From an uncultured virus (IMG/VR IMGVR_UViG_3300009180_000025) (taxonomy: Duplodnaviria > Heunggongvirae > Uroviricota > Caudoviricetes): a stretch of DNA of 61,519 nt. Of the stretch, positions 19,086-28,545 are shown in pieces. Where the stretch lies: IMG/VR virus record IMGVR_UViG_3300009180_000025. The stretch is one strand, 5' to 3'. The number at the start of each line of letters is the position of its first letter. Position 1 is the first letter of the stretch. Position numbers and translations under genes: made by a program. Below the pieces are notes generated by a model. The model was not told the DNA's origin and searched no databases. It worked only from the letters and a program-made list of their open reading frames with translations.

Positions 19086-21047
19086 TTATATTAGCCTTGA
19101 AACGTTGAGAGTAAACACATCGATCGATGCATTCGTTGTTGGTGATAGAGCCCCGCCAAGAATTCTGTATAAAGTAAAGGCATTGTCAACTTCAATCTTT
19201 TCATTTTCATTCTCTGACGATAGTAAAGTTGTGCCGAATACTTTGTTTCCTGCGGGGTGAACTAATTCTTTAAGTATATTGATATATTTATTGAGCGATT
19301 TAACGAACTTAATTTCGTATGAATATTCTTGATAATAATGGCCATCCTGAATGTATTTATTACTATCTAAGAAGCTACGCGTTCCTTCCCAGAATCCTTC
19401 ACTCCGCCCAATAGCACCTAAGTTTATGGTTCCTTGAGTAACTTTATTTGTATTTGATTGTGTTGAGTTGTATAAACTAATCGATTCATTTCTACTGTGA
19501 TAACCGTATCCAGAATCTTTAACTGCTACGTTTGAAACCAAACCTACGCCCAATACAACATTGCCAGTTATAACGGCGTTATTACCAGTAATACCACCAT
19601 TACCATCTGAGATTCCATATCCCGCAAGTTTGGGTTCAGTTATTTGAATGTTTACATAACCATCGTATCCATTACCAAGGTTTATCCCAGTAAGTTGCGA
19701 TATTGTACCAATTGATATAGTCTGACTAGTAAGTGCCAAATTAAGCACAGTACTTAAAGAAGCGTTATTGAGAGTCGATCCATAAGAGACAGAATTTATT
19801 GCTAAATTAGTGGTAGGAACTAATGAAAGGAAGTGACCGTTTTGTGACACGCCAGCCGTAACATTTATAGCGGCTGTATTGTAAGTTAAAGTATTTCCCG
19901 TAGCAAGTTGAAGAGCAGTCGAATTAGCTCCACGAACAAAATAGTAACTAGCGTTTGATAGTCCTGAAAGAGCAGTATTTCCAGTCGCGGTTGTATACTG
20001 AACGTAGTCACCATTTGCATATGTATTGTTTGCGAATGATATGTATTCAGTGGTATTTGCAACTGCGGTAAGAGCGTTGAAAGATTGATTTGCAATCCTG
20101 CCAATTAAGTTGTTTATATAGCTTATCGAATATGAAAACGAAGATACGTTACTTAAGATCACGCCAGTAAAAGTAGCTCCAGATCCAGTGCTATTAGATC
20201 CAGCAGAAATAGTTATAGTAGGCGTCGTAGTATAACCATTTCCACCATTAACTATTTTAAAGTCGATAGAACCATTTGAAGATCCGGCAATCCTTACTGT
20301 GGAAGTTATTGTTTTTAATCCAGTTCCACTTCCATTAGCCGCAGACACAAGAAGAGTATCACCTATATCATTATTAGGAGTCGTAGAAGATACGGTAATG
20401 GAATCGACTGAGCCTTGAATCTTTGGAGCCAAGTTGAAGTCAAGACCGTCATAAGCTATTCTTTCACCTACAACAAATGTTCCCTCAATGTTGCTCAAGA
20501 AGAATAAGTTAATAACGCGTCCTTTAACGAAGTTCTTTACGAAAGATTCAACGTATGCAGTTGCGCCCGATTGAGCACCAGTTATTTTCTTATTCTCAAA
20601 CAGTTCATTATAACTGCTATAAGAACCCTCGATATATTTTCTCTCAATCCATTTACCGTCAGAAGGCTTTAGGATATCATACGATGGAATATAGACATCG
20701 ATGTCTTCGTTGTAAAGAAGTCTAAAAAGAAGTTTTAATCCATCGATAGATCCCTTAGACCTATATAAGTCTAAGATGTGCTTCTGTAAGAAACGCGAGT
20801 CACCAGGAATGTTTTTGGGAACTACGTATTGGTACTTCTTCCTGAACTCATCTAAGAACTGTGATGTAGTAGTGTCAACGTCTCTTAAAGTAAATAAGTT
20901 CCTACTTAAATCGTTAGTTTTTCCAGTTTGTTCTAAGAATTCATAATAAGCTTTTACGAAAGCAATGAACTTCGGTCCCTCTTCTTTATAGAAGCTTGGG
21001 AACTGATTCTCAATTAGATTAGATATATTATCGAGGGTAGGAAGCAT
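19086..21047 (-). CDS. gp7: Baseplate wedge initiator, gp7-like
   Basis: QFPSFYKEEGPKFIAFVKAYYEFLE, LYRSKGS, LKPSDGKW, IQDGHYYQEYSY and LVHPAG. Confidence 0.8.
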   Translation of the reverse strand: MLPTLDNISNLIENQFPSFYKEEGPKFIAFVKAYYEFLEQTGKTNDLSRNLFTLRDVDTTTSQFLDEFRKKYQYVVPKNIPGDSRFLQKHILDLYRSKGSIDGLKLLFRLLYNEDIDVYIPSYDILKPSDGKWIERKYIEGSYSSYNELFENKKITGAQSGATAYVESFVKNFVKGRVINLFFLSNIEGTFVVGERIAYDGLDFNLAPKIQGSVDSITVSSTTPNNDIGDTLLVSAANGSGTGLKTITSTVRIAGSSNGSIDFKIVNGGNGYTTTPTITISAGSNSTGSGATFTGVILSNVSSFSYSISYINNLIGRIANQSFNALTAVANTTEYISFANNTYANGDYVQYTTATGNTALSGLSNASYYFVRGANSTALQLATGNTLTYNTAAINVTAGVSQNGHFLSLVPTTNLAINSVSYGSTLNNASLSTVLNLALTSQTISIGTISQLTGINLGNGYDGYVNIQITEPKLAGYGISDGNGGITGNNAVITGNVVLGVGLVSNVAVKDSGYGYHSRNESISLYNSTQSNTNKVTQGTINLGAIGRSEGFWEGTRSFLDSNKYIQDGHYYQEYSYEIKFVKSLNKYINILKELVHPAGNKVFGTTLLSSENENEKIEVDNAFTLYRILGGALSPTTNASIDVFTLNVSRLI

Positions 21048-22852
21048 TAATTGTTACCAACAAATGGCGTTAATGAAACGGTAACATCTGAAGATTCAAC
21101 TAATAGAAACTTATTTTGTACGGAATAGATGTCTTTATTCTTTAATTTTCCATAAACTGAGATGTAACTACTTGGATAAGACTTAATGTTTACGGTTAAG
21201 TCAATTTCACCCGTAGTATAATCTACTGTTCCTATAGTTGCTAAAGATGTGCGAATAAAGCCTGTGGCGGTGACCTGATTCGTATATACGTTAAGTATTC
21301 CTAGACCATTGTCTCCAACATAGCAATCGTAATCATTACCATCGGTGTGTGTGTACGTAAAGTTAGAACTATACAGCGCATGCTCGTGACCGTTAGGAAG
21401 CGCATAAAGCGTAAGTTCTGAGTACAGTGGATTATCAAAGTTAAAAGTCAGTGTGCTCGTGGATCCTGCAGTTGGGTTCCAGCGCTTAATGATCTTAAGT
21501 TCTGTGTCGTTGGATATGATTGAGCCTTCACAATCATCTATGACTCCAACAAGCTTCGAGTATCTCAAGTCATCACCAAAGTCTAATAGTGTTGTATTCG
21601 CAAAATTTATGATTGAGCTTCTAACTAATGAAGAAACTTGTGCACTGCTTATATTAGTAGCTGAGGTATCGTAACTGATTGTAGTGTCTACTTTAATGTA
21701 GAAGTATTGAGGATCAACTATAACTGCCTGGGTCGTAATGTTCTTTGTATTCAAATAATTTATGATAGCAGTCTTTAGACTGTCAGATATAGATCCCGAT
21801 GTTCCGTATGGTTTTACTGAAATAGCTACTTTACCATATTGGGGAGGAGTCATATCTTCTCCGCCATAAGCTATGACCGACTGAAGCTGAGGAAATTTTG
21901 CTTTAGTCAAGTTAGCATAATCGAGCGCCGTCACAGCCCTCTCTTGAGTCGTAAAGAACCTAGTAGAATTGAACTTAATAGAATTGTTAGACTCTCTTTC
22001 AGATCCTTCAGCAGCAGTAGTTACTGTGGTGATGGTGATGTTTGAGTATCCATCAATTGAAGTTCCCTTTGAGAACCTATAAGCACCATTTCCAAGTTCT
22101 CCGAGTGTGTCCCTATATCTTACTCTAACGATGTTACCCGCTATCAGAGCTCTTCCAGTAATATCATTTCCAAAAACTAACTCGTATTGATTAGCTGCTT
22201 GACCCTGCACGAAGTATACGTTTGATGTTGAAGTTAATCCATAAAGATTTTCAGCTTTGAGCCATATTGAATTTGCGCTATCGTATTGTGAGTTAATGAC
22301 TGTAACGTCTATTGAGTTCGTGTCAATATTCTCAGATTGTAAAACGTATTTAGAATTGTTTGCGGCAGAGAAGAATTCTGTTACGATAGATCCTTCAAAG
22401 ATCTCTACGTTTGAAGCAATATATCCATTTGCAGTTGGATAGACTATATGATCTGAATCGGTAGAAAAAGTAAAAGTCGTATTGTCAATCGAAGTTGATG
22501 TTTTATAGAACTTAGGAATCGTGATGTATGAAGGACTTCCAGACGGAACAATAGTTATATTGACGATTGCTTTAGCTGAAGTCTTAGACCTAGGAATATA
22601 ATTGAGTTCTTTTGAATGTGATACTATCGACTCACGCAATTGTGCGGTATCGAGAAACATTTCGCTGCCGACCATATTCAAATAGAAATTGTTTAAGTAC
22701 GTGTTGTAAGTTAACAAATCTAGTAATACGCTCATGTTTGAGCCGTCAAAGTCGTAGTCTGATAATCTAGTTTGCGCAGACAAATAAGTCTTTAAATTAT
22801 TCTTAAGACTGGCAAAATCCAGCTCAGTAGCAGTGAGGAAGTTATTTGCCAT
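21047..22852 (-). CDS. gp6: Baseplate wedge subunit gp6
   Basis: ELDFASLKNNL, DYDFDGS, EMFLDTAQLRESIVSHSKELNYIPRS, QERAVTALDY and PPQYGKV. Confidence 0.92.
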   Translation of the reverse strand: MANNFLTATELDFASLKNNLKTYLSAQTRLSDYDFDGSNMSVLLDLLTYNTYLNNFYLNMVGSEMFLDTAQLRESIVSHSKELNYIPRSKTSAKAIVNITIVPSGSPSYITIPKFYKTSTSIDNTTFTFSTDSDHIVYPTANGYIASNVEIFEGSIVTEFFSAANNSKYVLQSENIDTNSIDVTVINSQYDSANSIWLKAENLYGLTSTSNVYFVQGQAANQYELVFGNDITGRALIAGNIVRVRYRDTLGELGNGAYRFSKGTSIDGYSNITITTVTTAAEGSERESNNSIKFNSTRFFTTQERAVTALDYANLTKAKFPQLQSVIAYGGEDMTPPQYGKVAISVKPYGTSGSISDSLKTAIINYLNTKNITTQAVIVDPQYFYIKVDTTISYDTSATNISSAQVSSLVRSSIINFANTTLLDFGDDLRYSKLVGVIDDCEGSIISNDTELKIIKRWNPTAGSTSTLTFNFDNPLYSELTLYALPNGHEHALYSSNFTYTHTDGNDYDCYVGDNGLGILNVYTNQVTATGFIRTSLATIGTVDYTTGEIDLTVNIKSYPSSYISVYGKLKNKDIYSVQNKFLLVESSDVTVSLTPFVGNN

Positions 22853-23256
22853 TATCTTACTCTATTGAGAATTAAGTTTAAAGTTTCTAGTTGAGGATTA
22901 CTAATTATCGAAAATATTACTTTTAGATAATAGCCATTCTCATCAGGAATGGCATTGACGTATACTTCAAGATAATCAACTCTAGGTTCAAAGTTACGTA
23001 TAGCCGTCGTAACAAACATTTTAACGTCCATCTCAGTGCTGGGCGTAATGTTTTCAAACAGCGATTTTTTTATGTTTGATCCAAAAAGAGGATTAAAGAA
23101 TCGTTCAAACCTATCGGTGAACAATATATTTTTTATTGAAGTCTTAACGGCATCGCCGTCGCTGAGAACAAAGATATCCTTTCTAACCGGATGAGAATCC
23201 AGGTTAGTATAAATGTCGGTATATCTCGACTCTGATCTGATAGTTTGTATTGCCAT
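22852..23256 (-). CDS. gp25: Baseplate wedge / sheath initiator gp25
   Basis: AVKTSIKNILFT...ERFFNPLFGS...IRNFEPRV. Confidence 0.9.
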   Translation of the reverse strand: MAIQTIRSESRYTDIYTNLDSHPVRKDIFVLSDGDAVKTSIKNILFTDRFERFFNPLFGSNIKKSLFENITPSTEMDVKMFVTTAIRNFEPRVDYLEVYVNAIPDENGYYLKVIFSIISNPQLETLNLILNRVR

Positions 23257-23261
23257 AATTG

Positions 23262-23269
23262 TATTTATA
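23262..23269 (-). promoter_or_regulatory. T4-type late promoter TATAAATA, 5 nt before the gp25 ATG
   Basis: Minus strand reads TATAAATA-CAATT-ATG. Confidence 0.75.
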
Positions 23270-25277
23270 GACTAGATATAGCTGTTGCTAGGAATAAAGG
23301 ACTGTATTTTTGAACTTCGTTCCCAACTGAGCAAGAATGTCTCCAGCCTGAAGAGAATACTGAAGTTGAGAATGGACACTTGGTATCATTGACCATCGCC
23401 GAAGAAGCAGCGATCATGAACGGTATCGCATTATCACTTCTGCGTGCATCGACGATAGATGTTGTAGATCCACCCATTATGCTTGCTACTGAAGACGCTA
23501 ACGAAGCTATCTGTGTACCAAGCGCGCCCGTGGTTGGAGCAATCGGTAGACCTAAAGTTGCTAGAGAAAGCATATTTGTTATGCTCATTCCTCCACCATA
23601 AGATCCGAAGTTCTGCATCTGAAACGACATCAATCCTGAGCCCGATGGATTCGTTGGAAAAGAAGCGATTCTTCTACAGAACATTTGATCGATCGCCATT
23701 CCTGGAGTCATTCCTTCACCAAAGAAAGCTCGTCCAGCATATGATGGTGGTTGCATCATAGGATTTCTAAAGAGAACAGAAGTTGGAACACTCTGCCCAA
23801 GAGTCATTTGTGCGAGTAGACTTGAGGTAGAAAATCCACCAGTCCTCTGAAGAATTGCAGCAGCTGACGAGATATTTCCAGGACCAGTGATCGCTGAAAT
23901 AGCTGATGTTATCGATGCAACACTCGTAGCTAAACTCGCAGTCATCGTACTGATTTTAGAGAGTTGACTATTTACGTCTCCACACTTTGCAGCAGTAGCT
24001 GCTAAAGTAGTCACTGAAGATAATTGATTCGTAAAGAATGAAGTGCTGCGTATATTTTTTGCAAGAGACATCATAGAAGCTGCGAGTGGACCTGCTGAAG
24101 CAATTCCTTGGTTCGCTATAACTGTGCTTACATTAAGAGTCTGTGTTGCAGTCGAAGCTAATTGAGAAGAGACTGTTGACAATTGTGCGATCTGACCCGC
24201 GATTCCACCGAATCCAGCAGGAGTGCCAAGTAGATTTGTGATCGCAGTAGTAGTCGCGAGTTGACTTGCTATATCATTTACTAAACTAGATATTATGTTT
24301 ATTCCTGGAAACTGAGATATAGAAGCAGCCGAAGTCAGAGTTGCAATCGCAGCCGTAGCATCGGCGCCAGTTAACCCAAGTGATTCAACCGCAGCCGGAA
24401 TTCCAATAACACTTGATAAAGAACCGAGAGGTGAACTACTAAAAGAGGCTACTCCAAGAAGTGCACCAAAAGTTGACGATTGCGAGTCAGCTGCGTATGA
24501 AGCATTATAATAATTTGTACTGAATTGCTTCGTCAGAGCACAAACGCCATTCGCTAAGTAACCTATTTTATAAAGTTCCCTTACGTTTAAAAGCTTCGAA
24601 GGATTCCTGACCATGTCTCTATCATCAAACTCGGGAATTCCTACTACGGTCGATATGTAGCGCAAGTCTTCGTATTCACTAATAGTGCACAGGACGTAAA
24701 GGAATTCTTCAAGAGCGTCATACGGAATTATTCCAGGTACGGCAAGTTCATTTGCTCTTTTCTGTAATAGAGTTTTCTCAGAGTTTGTCAAATAGTAGTT
24801 ATTAACCGGATCACGTGGTCTACTATTAGGAGTCAAAGCTTTAAGAGCCAAACCAGCTGCGTTAAGTCCGGCGGCGGTACCGACTGCGGCTTTGAATGCT
24901 TCACCAGATTTCTTTAAGTCTTGATCTCCAGAAGCACCATCTTCGTGAAGGTCTCCCTTCTGCTTAAGTGCAACCGTATCTTTTGTTACAACAGTACTTT
25001 CAGATGAATTAACTGGAGGTTCACGTAATATAGGTGACCCATTAACTATCTTTGTGTTATTGTCAGCTTTTTGCGTGTCACTAAGTGAAGTTGGTTCAAG
25101 ACCACCTGTGCTCAAGAATTCTTGAACAGTCGTGACCGTAGTCACAGCAAGCGTATTTAAGTTTCGAATTAGAGTCGATGGTAACACCGTAGTAGATTGA
25201 GTCGTAGGTATCGCGACAGTTGAGTTTAAAGTCTGCGTATCAACGTTATTCAGGATCGTATTTTGATCTATTGACAT
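23265..25277 (-). CDS. Hypothetical Ala/Ser-rich baseplate-cluster protein
   Basis: 670-aa ORF coupled to the gp5-like gene, with long low-charge Ala/Ser/Gly segments. Confidence 0.55.
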   Translation of the reverse strand: MSIDQNTILNNVDTQTLNSTVAIPTTQSTTVLPSTLIRNLNTLAVTTVTTVQEFLSTGGLEPTSLSDTQKADNNTKIVNGSPILREPPVNSSESTVVTKDTVALKQKGDLHEDGASGDQDLKKSGEAFKAAVGTAAGLNAAGLALKALTPNSRPRDPVNNYYLTNSEKTLLQKRANELAVPGIIPYDALEEFLYVLCTISEYEDLRYISTVVGIPEFDDRDMVRNPSKLLNVRELYKIGYLANGVCALTKQFSTNYYNASYAADSQSSTFGALLGVASFSSSPLGSLSSVIGIPAAVESLGLTGADATAAIATLTSAASISQFPGINIISSLVNDIASQLATTTAITNLLGTPAGFGGIAGQIAQLSTVSSQLASTATQTLNVSTVIANQGIASAGPLAASMMSLAKNIRSTSFFTNQLSSVTTLAATAAKCGDVNSQLSKISTMTASLATSVASITSAISAITGPGNISSAAAILQRTGGFSTSSLLAQMTLGQSVPTSVLFRNPMMQPPSYAGRAFFGEGMTPGMAIDQMFCRRIASFPTNPSGSGLMSFQMQNFGSYGGGMSITNMLSLATLGLPIAPTTGALGTQIASLASSVASIMGGSTTSIVDARRSDNAIPFMIAASSAMVNDTKCPFSTSVFSSGWRHSCSVGNEVQKYSPLFLATAISSL

Positions 25278-27244
25278 TACGCGAATCCCATCTTTCTAAG
25301 ACCTTGTTGAGCATATGACAACTGAATTCCATCAGTTCTAGATTCACATTTAGGATCTGCGCAAGTCCATACAGTTCTTTCTCCGCTTAAGCCGGCCGGA
25401 GCAGCTTCAACGTGAATGTGAATAGTTCCCGCTGAATTTGCTTCTAAGAAGCATCTGTCATAAGGAAGGTTCTCAACTATCCATTTAGCAATCTCAGCAG
25501 TTTCTGCGTGGTTTCTACTTGAAGCTCGCATATCGATAGCTTTACCAACATAGTGTCGAGATTTACCTTGACCCAGTCTAATGCCATGAAGTAGCGTTAC
25601 AGATCCACCAAATTTCTCAAGCACTGGGTCGATGATATTGTAAGCCAGGTGTTGAACATTCTCAAGGATTTCTTTACGACTATATCCCATTTGTGATAAA
25701 GGAAGACTTCCAAGTCCAGGAAAACCACCAACGCTTAAATTCCTTGAGAGTTTATCGCTACCATTGTATATCGACACTGGAAGAGGTATAGAGCTCTGGT
25801 TACCCTTTGAGCTATTGTTCAACCCATCGTATCCAGAGTTACCACTGTCTCCTATCTCTCCAGCCTTGTCTCCACTGCTGTATGGCGTTCCACCCGTCGA
25901 ATTCATACTTGCTGAACTCATAGCAATTGAATCTGGACTATCACCTTCATTCTCATAAATTGACATTTCATTCTGAGACATCTTCTTTGCATTCTTAGGG
26001 AATCCAGGAGCGACTCTTTCAGTAGTCATGTTATCGAGAATTGCTTCTGCCGTAGGCCATTCGGCTACAGGAGGTGTTTCTGGAGTTGGAACGTTTCTTT
26101 TTGAAGTTATCTCTACGGCCCGAACTGACTGAGCAGAAGCCGCGGCTTTATTGAAGTCAATGGTAGATCCTCTGATGTCAATAGCGCCGGTTGCATCAAA
26201 ATTAAATGCGCCTGTAGTGCTTTGTTTCATAGAACCCGATACAAAGTTCATTTCATTTACTGAACTCAATTTTGTAGAAGTTGATCTGATGTCAACTAAG
26301 TTTGTTGCGTCAACATATACAGTATCAGAAGAACTCATGATAGTATTTGCGCTTCTTAAAGCAAGACTCCGTGCGGCTTCTAAGGCTACATCATAAAGAC
26401 CAGTTATGTACATCGAACCTTTAGACGCGATAGTAGTATCATCATTTGATATAAAAGTTAGTTTTCCGGAACTTACTTCAAAGAAAGAATCTTCAACGCT
26501 ATTGACGAGTATACTTTTAGATGCGTATTGTTTGATGTCATGATCAGCTCTAGACTCAATAGTCTTACCAGCGTCTGAACGAATCCCACCAACTACTTGT
26601 GTTCTCTTGTCTCCAGCGATAGTCTCGCGCGAAGTACCACCAATAGTCTGAGAATAGTCTTTAACAATTTCTGCAGTCTTAGCACCATCAATCGACTCAG
26701 AATAAGAACCACCGACGTCAACTACCATGTCTCCGCCAACGTTCAAGAACATATTCTGACCAACGTTCATAGTCAGGTTGCCTTCGGTTTCGATAGTTAT
26801 GTCTGAATGACCTTTGAGAACTAATCTTCCCTGAGCCGACACAACACCATCACCTTTATTCGAATGCATGCCGAAGCCCCTTTTACTGGTCGGCATTAGA
26901 AAGATTGAACCATCGGCGTCTATCATTATAGCTGCGCCCGAGTGGTGCACGATTTCGATAGTCTCGGATCCTGGAATCGCGTGAATCGCAATCTTATTTC
27001 CAGTAGAGGTAATCCAACCCATCGTATCTTCAGGATTACCAATACCAGTAGCAACACCAGCACCAGGACCAGTATACACTTTAGTCGTATCAGAAGCTTT
27101 ACCACCCGTTTTCACTGAAACTGCAAACCCAGGATACGGGTTAGACGCAAGCGTATGCCAACTCGATCCAACAGAGAGGCCATCGCCTTCTCTATTAGTT
27201 TCATTTTTGGTAATGTTTTTTTGATCGTTAAAGTCGTCTTCCAC
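25277..27244 (-). CDS. gp5 C-terminal-like beta-helix spike fused to a peptidase M15-like domain
   Basis: GSETIEIVHHSG, VGG/VxG beta-helix repeats, and C-terminal SRHYVGKAIDM...HIHVE (H, D, H zinc ligands). Confidence 0.75.
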   Translation of the reverse strand: MEDDFNDQKNITKNETNREGDGLSVGSSWHTLASNPYPGFAVSVKTGGKASDTTKVYTGPGAGVATGIGNPEDTMGWITSTGNKIAIHAIPGSETIEIVHHSGAAIMIDADGSIFLMPTSKRGFGMHSNKGDGVVSAQGRLVLKGHSDITIETEGNLTMNVGQNMFLNVGGDMVVDVGGSYSESIDGAKTAEIVKDYSQTIGGTSRETIAGDKRTQVVGGIRSDAGKTIESRADHDIKQYASKSILVNSVEDSFFEVSSGKLTFISNDDTTIASKGSMYITGLYDVALEAARSLALRSANTIMSSSDTVYVDATNLVDIRSTSTKLSSVNEMNFVSGSMKQSTTGAFNFDATGAIDIRGSTIDFNKAAASAQSVRAVEITSKRNVPTPETPPVAEWPTAEAILDNMTTERVAPGFPKNAKKMSQNEMSIYENEGDSPDSIAMSSASMNSTGGTPYSSGDKAGEIGDSGNSGYDGLNNSSKGNQSSIPLPVSIYNGSDKLSRNLSVGGFPGLGSLPLSQMGYSRKEILENVQHLAYNIIDPVLEKFGGSVTLLHGIRLGQGKSRHYVGKAIDMRASSRNHAETAEIAKWIVENLPYDRCFLEANSAGTIHIHVEAAPAGLSGERTVWTCADPKCESRTDGIQLSYAQQGLRKMGFA

Positions 27245-27250
27245 TGTGAC

Positions 27251-27628
27251 TTATCCCACGTAGTTTATGTATGTTGACTTAGCGATTTGCTCTAAGACTC
27301 GTTCACTACTTGTTATTTGAGCTGCATCCGTTCTTATAGCGAGTTCTCTTAATATTGAATAGAGTGTGACCTTCTGTCTTTCGGTCATATAAAAGATTGG
27401 TGCCATGGGATCTTTAGCGTGTGTATAAGTATCTATACCACCGACTAAGATGATATGTGCTTGTCCTGGAACTGGCGGCCTGTTTTGATAAACTGTCCCA
27501 CGCTGATCAATAACAAAGTCACCACCAATTGAAGAGGTATCTACGTCTTCGTCTCTGTAAGTCCTAGTAGTAGTTATGTATAAGTATTGATACTGAGATA
27601 CTGTTTTTGGTCCAACTATAGTCATCAC
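27251..27628 (-). CDS. Degenerate amidase_2 (T7-lysozyme-like) domain protein
   Basis: FVIDQRGTVYQNRP, IILVGG and TERQKVTL..L match the amidase scaffold, but the zinc-binding His residues are absent. Confidence 0.55.
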   Translation of the reverse strand: MMTIVGPKTVSQYQYLYITTTRTYRDEDVDTSSIGGDFVIDQRGTVYQNRPPVPGQAHIILVGGIDTYTHAKDPMAPIFYMTERQKVTLYSILRELAIRTDAAQITSSERVLEQIAKSTYINYVG

Positions 27629-28545
27629 CTGCCCCTTATAGAAGTGTCTCTGGGTGTATACTTAAACGTTGTGTATACTTCATTGGCGTACTTTATACGC
27701 GGCGGATAGGTGTAGTTATTGACGTCTACGTAACTGTTTTTCTTTAAACAAGCAGGTTGTTCATAAAAACACATTGCTTGCGTGGCTTCGTCTAAAGTTC
27801 CGGCAGCCATGATTTTATTAAAAGCTTTTTGATAGGAACCATGAAACTCATCCCACATAAATGATATTTGCTGATCGAGCGTTGGACGATTGCCGTACTT
27901 TCTGAACATCAATTGTGGTCTTCCACCAGCTTCATTCCACGAGCAAATGCCATAAATCCTTGCGCCATTTGAGTCAATGATTGGTTTATCAAAACCTGTG
28001 TTTGGATTACAACCACTCTCAGCCAATAGGTTACCCATGATTCCAGAAACTTGCGTATGAATGTTTCCGCCCGAGCTTCCACTTTTTTCAATTAATTCAT
28101 AGATCATATTATAGGCTTGTTCGGCGTTTGTTTTTCCACTAATTCCTAAAGAGGATATAGCTACTGTTGATTCGCCATTAACAACTCTTCCATCACCTGC
28201 ATCACCAGCCATAGGCGAAGCGCTACTTAGGTTACTTGAAGAAGAAATACCGCCATTGAATACCCCGATTACTATGGGTTGTTGACAGTTATCGCCATCA
28301 GCAAAGAATCCGACTACCCAAGTTCCAGTCTTTAACCCGTGTGATAAGTTTCCGCCTGAAGTTTGCCCACCAGTAGTTGGAAACATTACGATTGCAGGTT
28401 GAAGATCGTCGTCAGATACATCGACTGTGTCATCCATTCTATGAATGCCAAAGATTCTTACACGAACGCGTGTATTATCGTAGTAGCTTCCTTTAACTAT
28501 TCCAACAAACCATTTGAAATTATCGCCATAGTAATCGAAACTCAT
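27625..28545 (-). CDS. gp5 N-terminal OB domain fused to a phage tail lysozyme-like domain
   Basis: WFVGIV..RVRVRIFGIH, GTWVVGFFADG..QQPIVIG, then GIMGNLLAESGCNP..YGICSWN. Confidence 0.8.
   Translation of the reverse strand: MSFDYYGDNFKWFVGIVKGSYYDNTRVRVRIFGIHRMDDTVDVSDDDLQPAIVMFPTTGGQTSGGNLSHGLKTGTWVVGFFADGDNCQQPIVIGVFNGGISSSSNLSSASPMAGDAGDGRVVNGESTVAISSLGISGKTNAEQAYNMIYELIEKSGSSGGNIHTQVSGIMGNLLAESGCNPNTGFDKPIIDSNGARIYGICSWNEAGGRPQLMFRKYGNRPTLDQQISFMWDEFHGSYQKAFNKIMAAGTLDEATQAMCFYEQPACLKKNSYVDVNNYTYPPRIKYANEVYTTFKYTPRDTSIRGR

Noticed and set aside
9848..26806. Many short opposite-strand or nested ORFs in the structural genes
   Set aside because: These are shadow ORFs caused by codon bias of long Thr/Ser/Asn/Ala-rich genes. 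They lack start signals and motifs.
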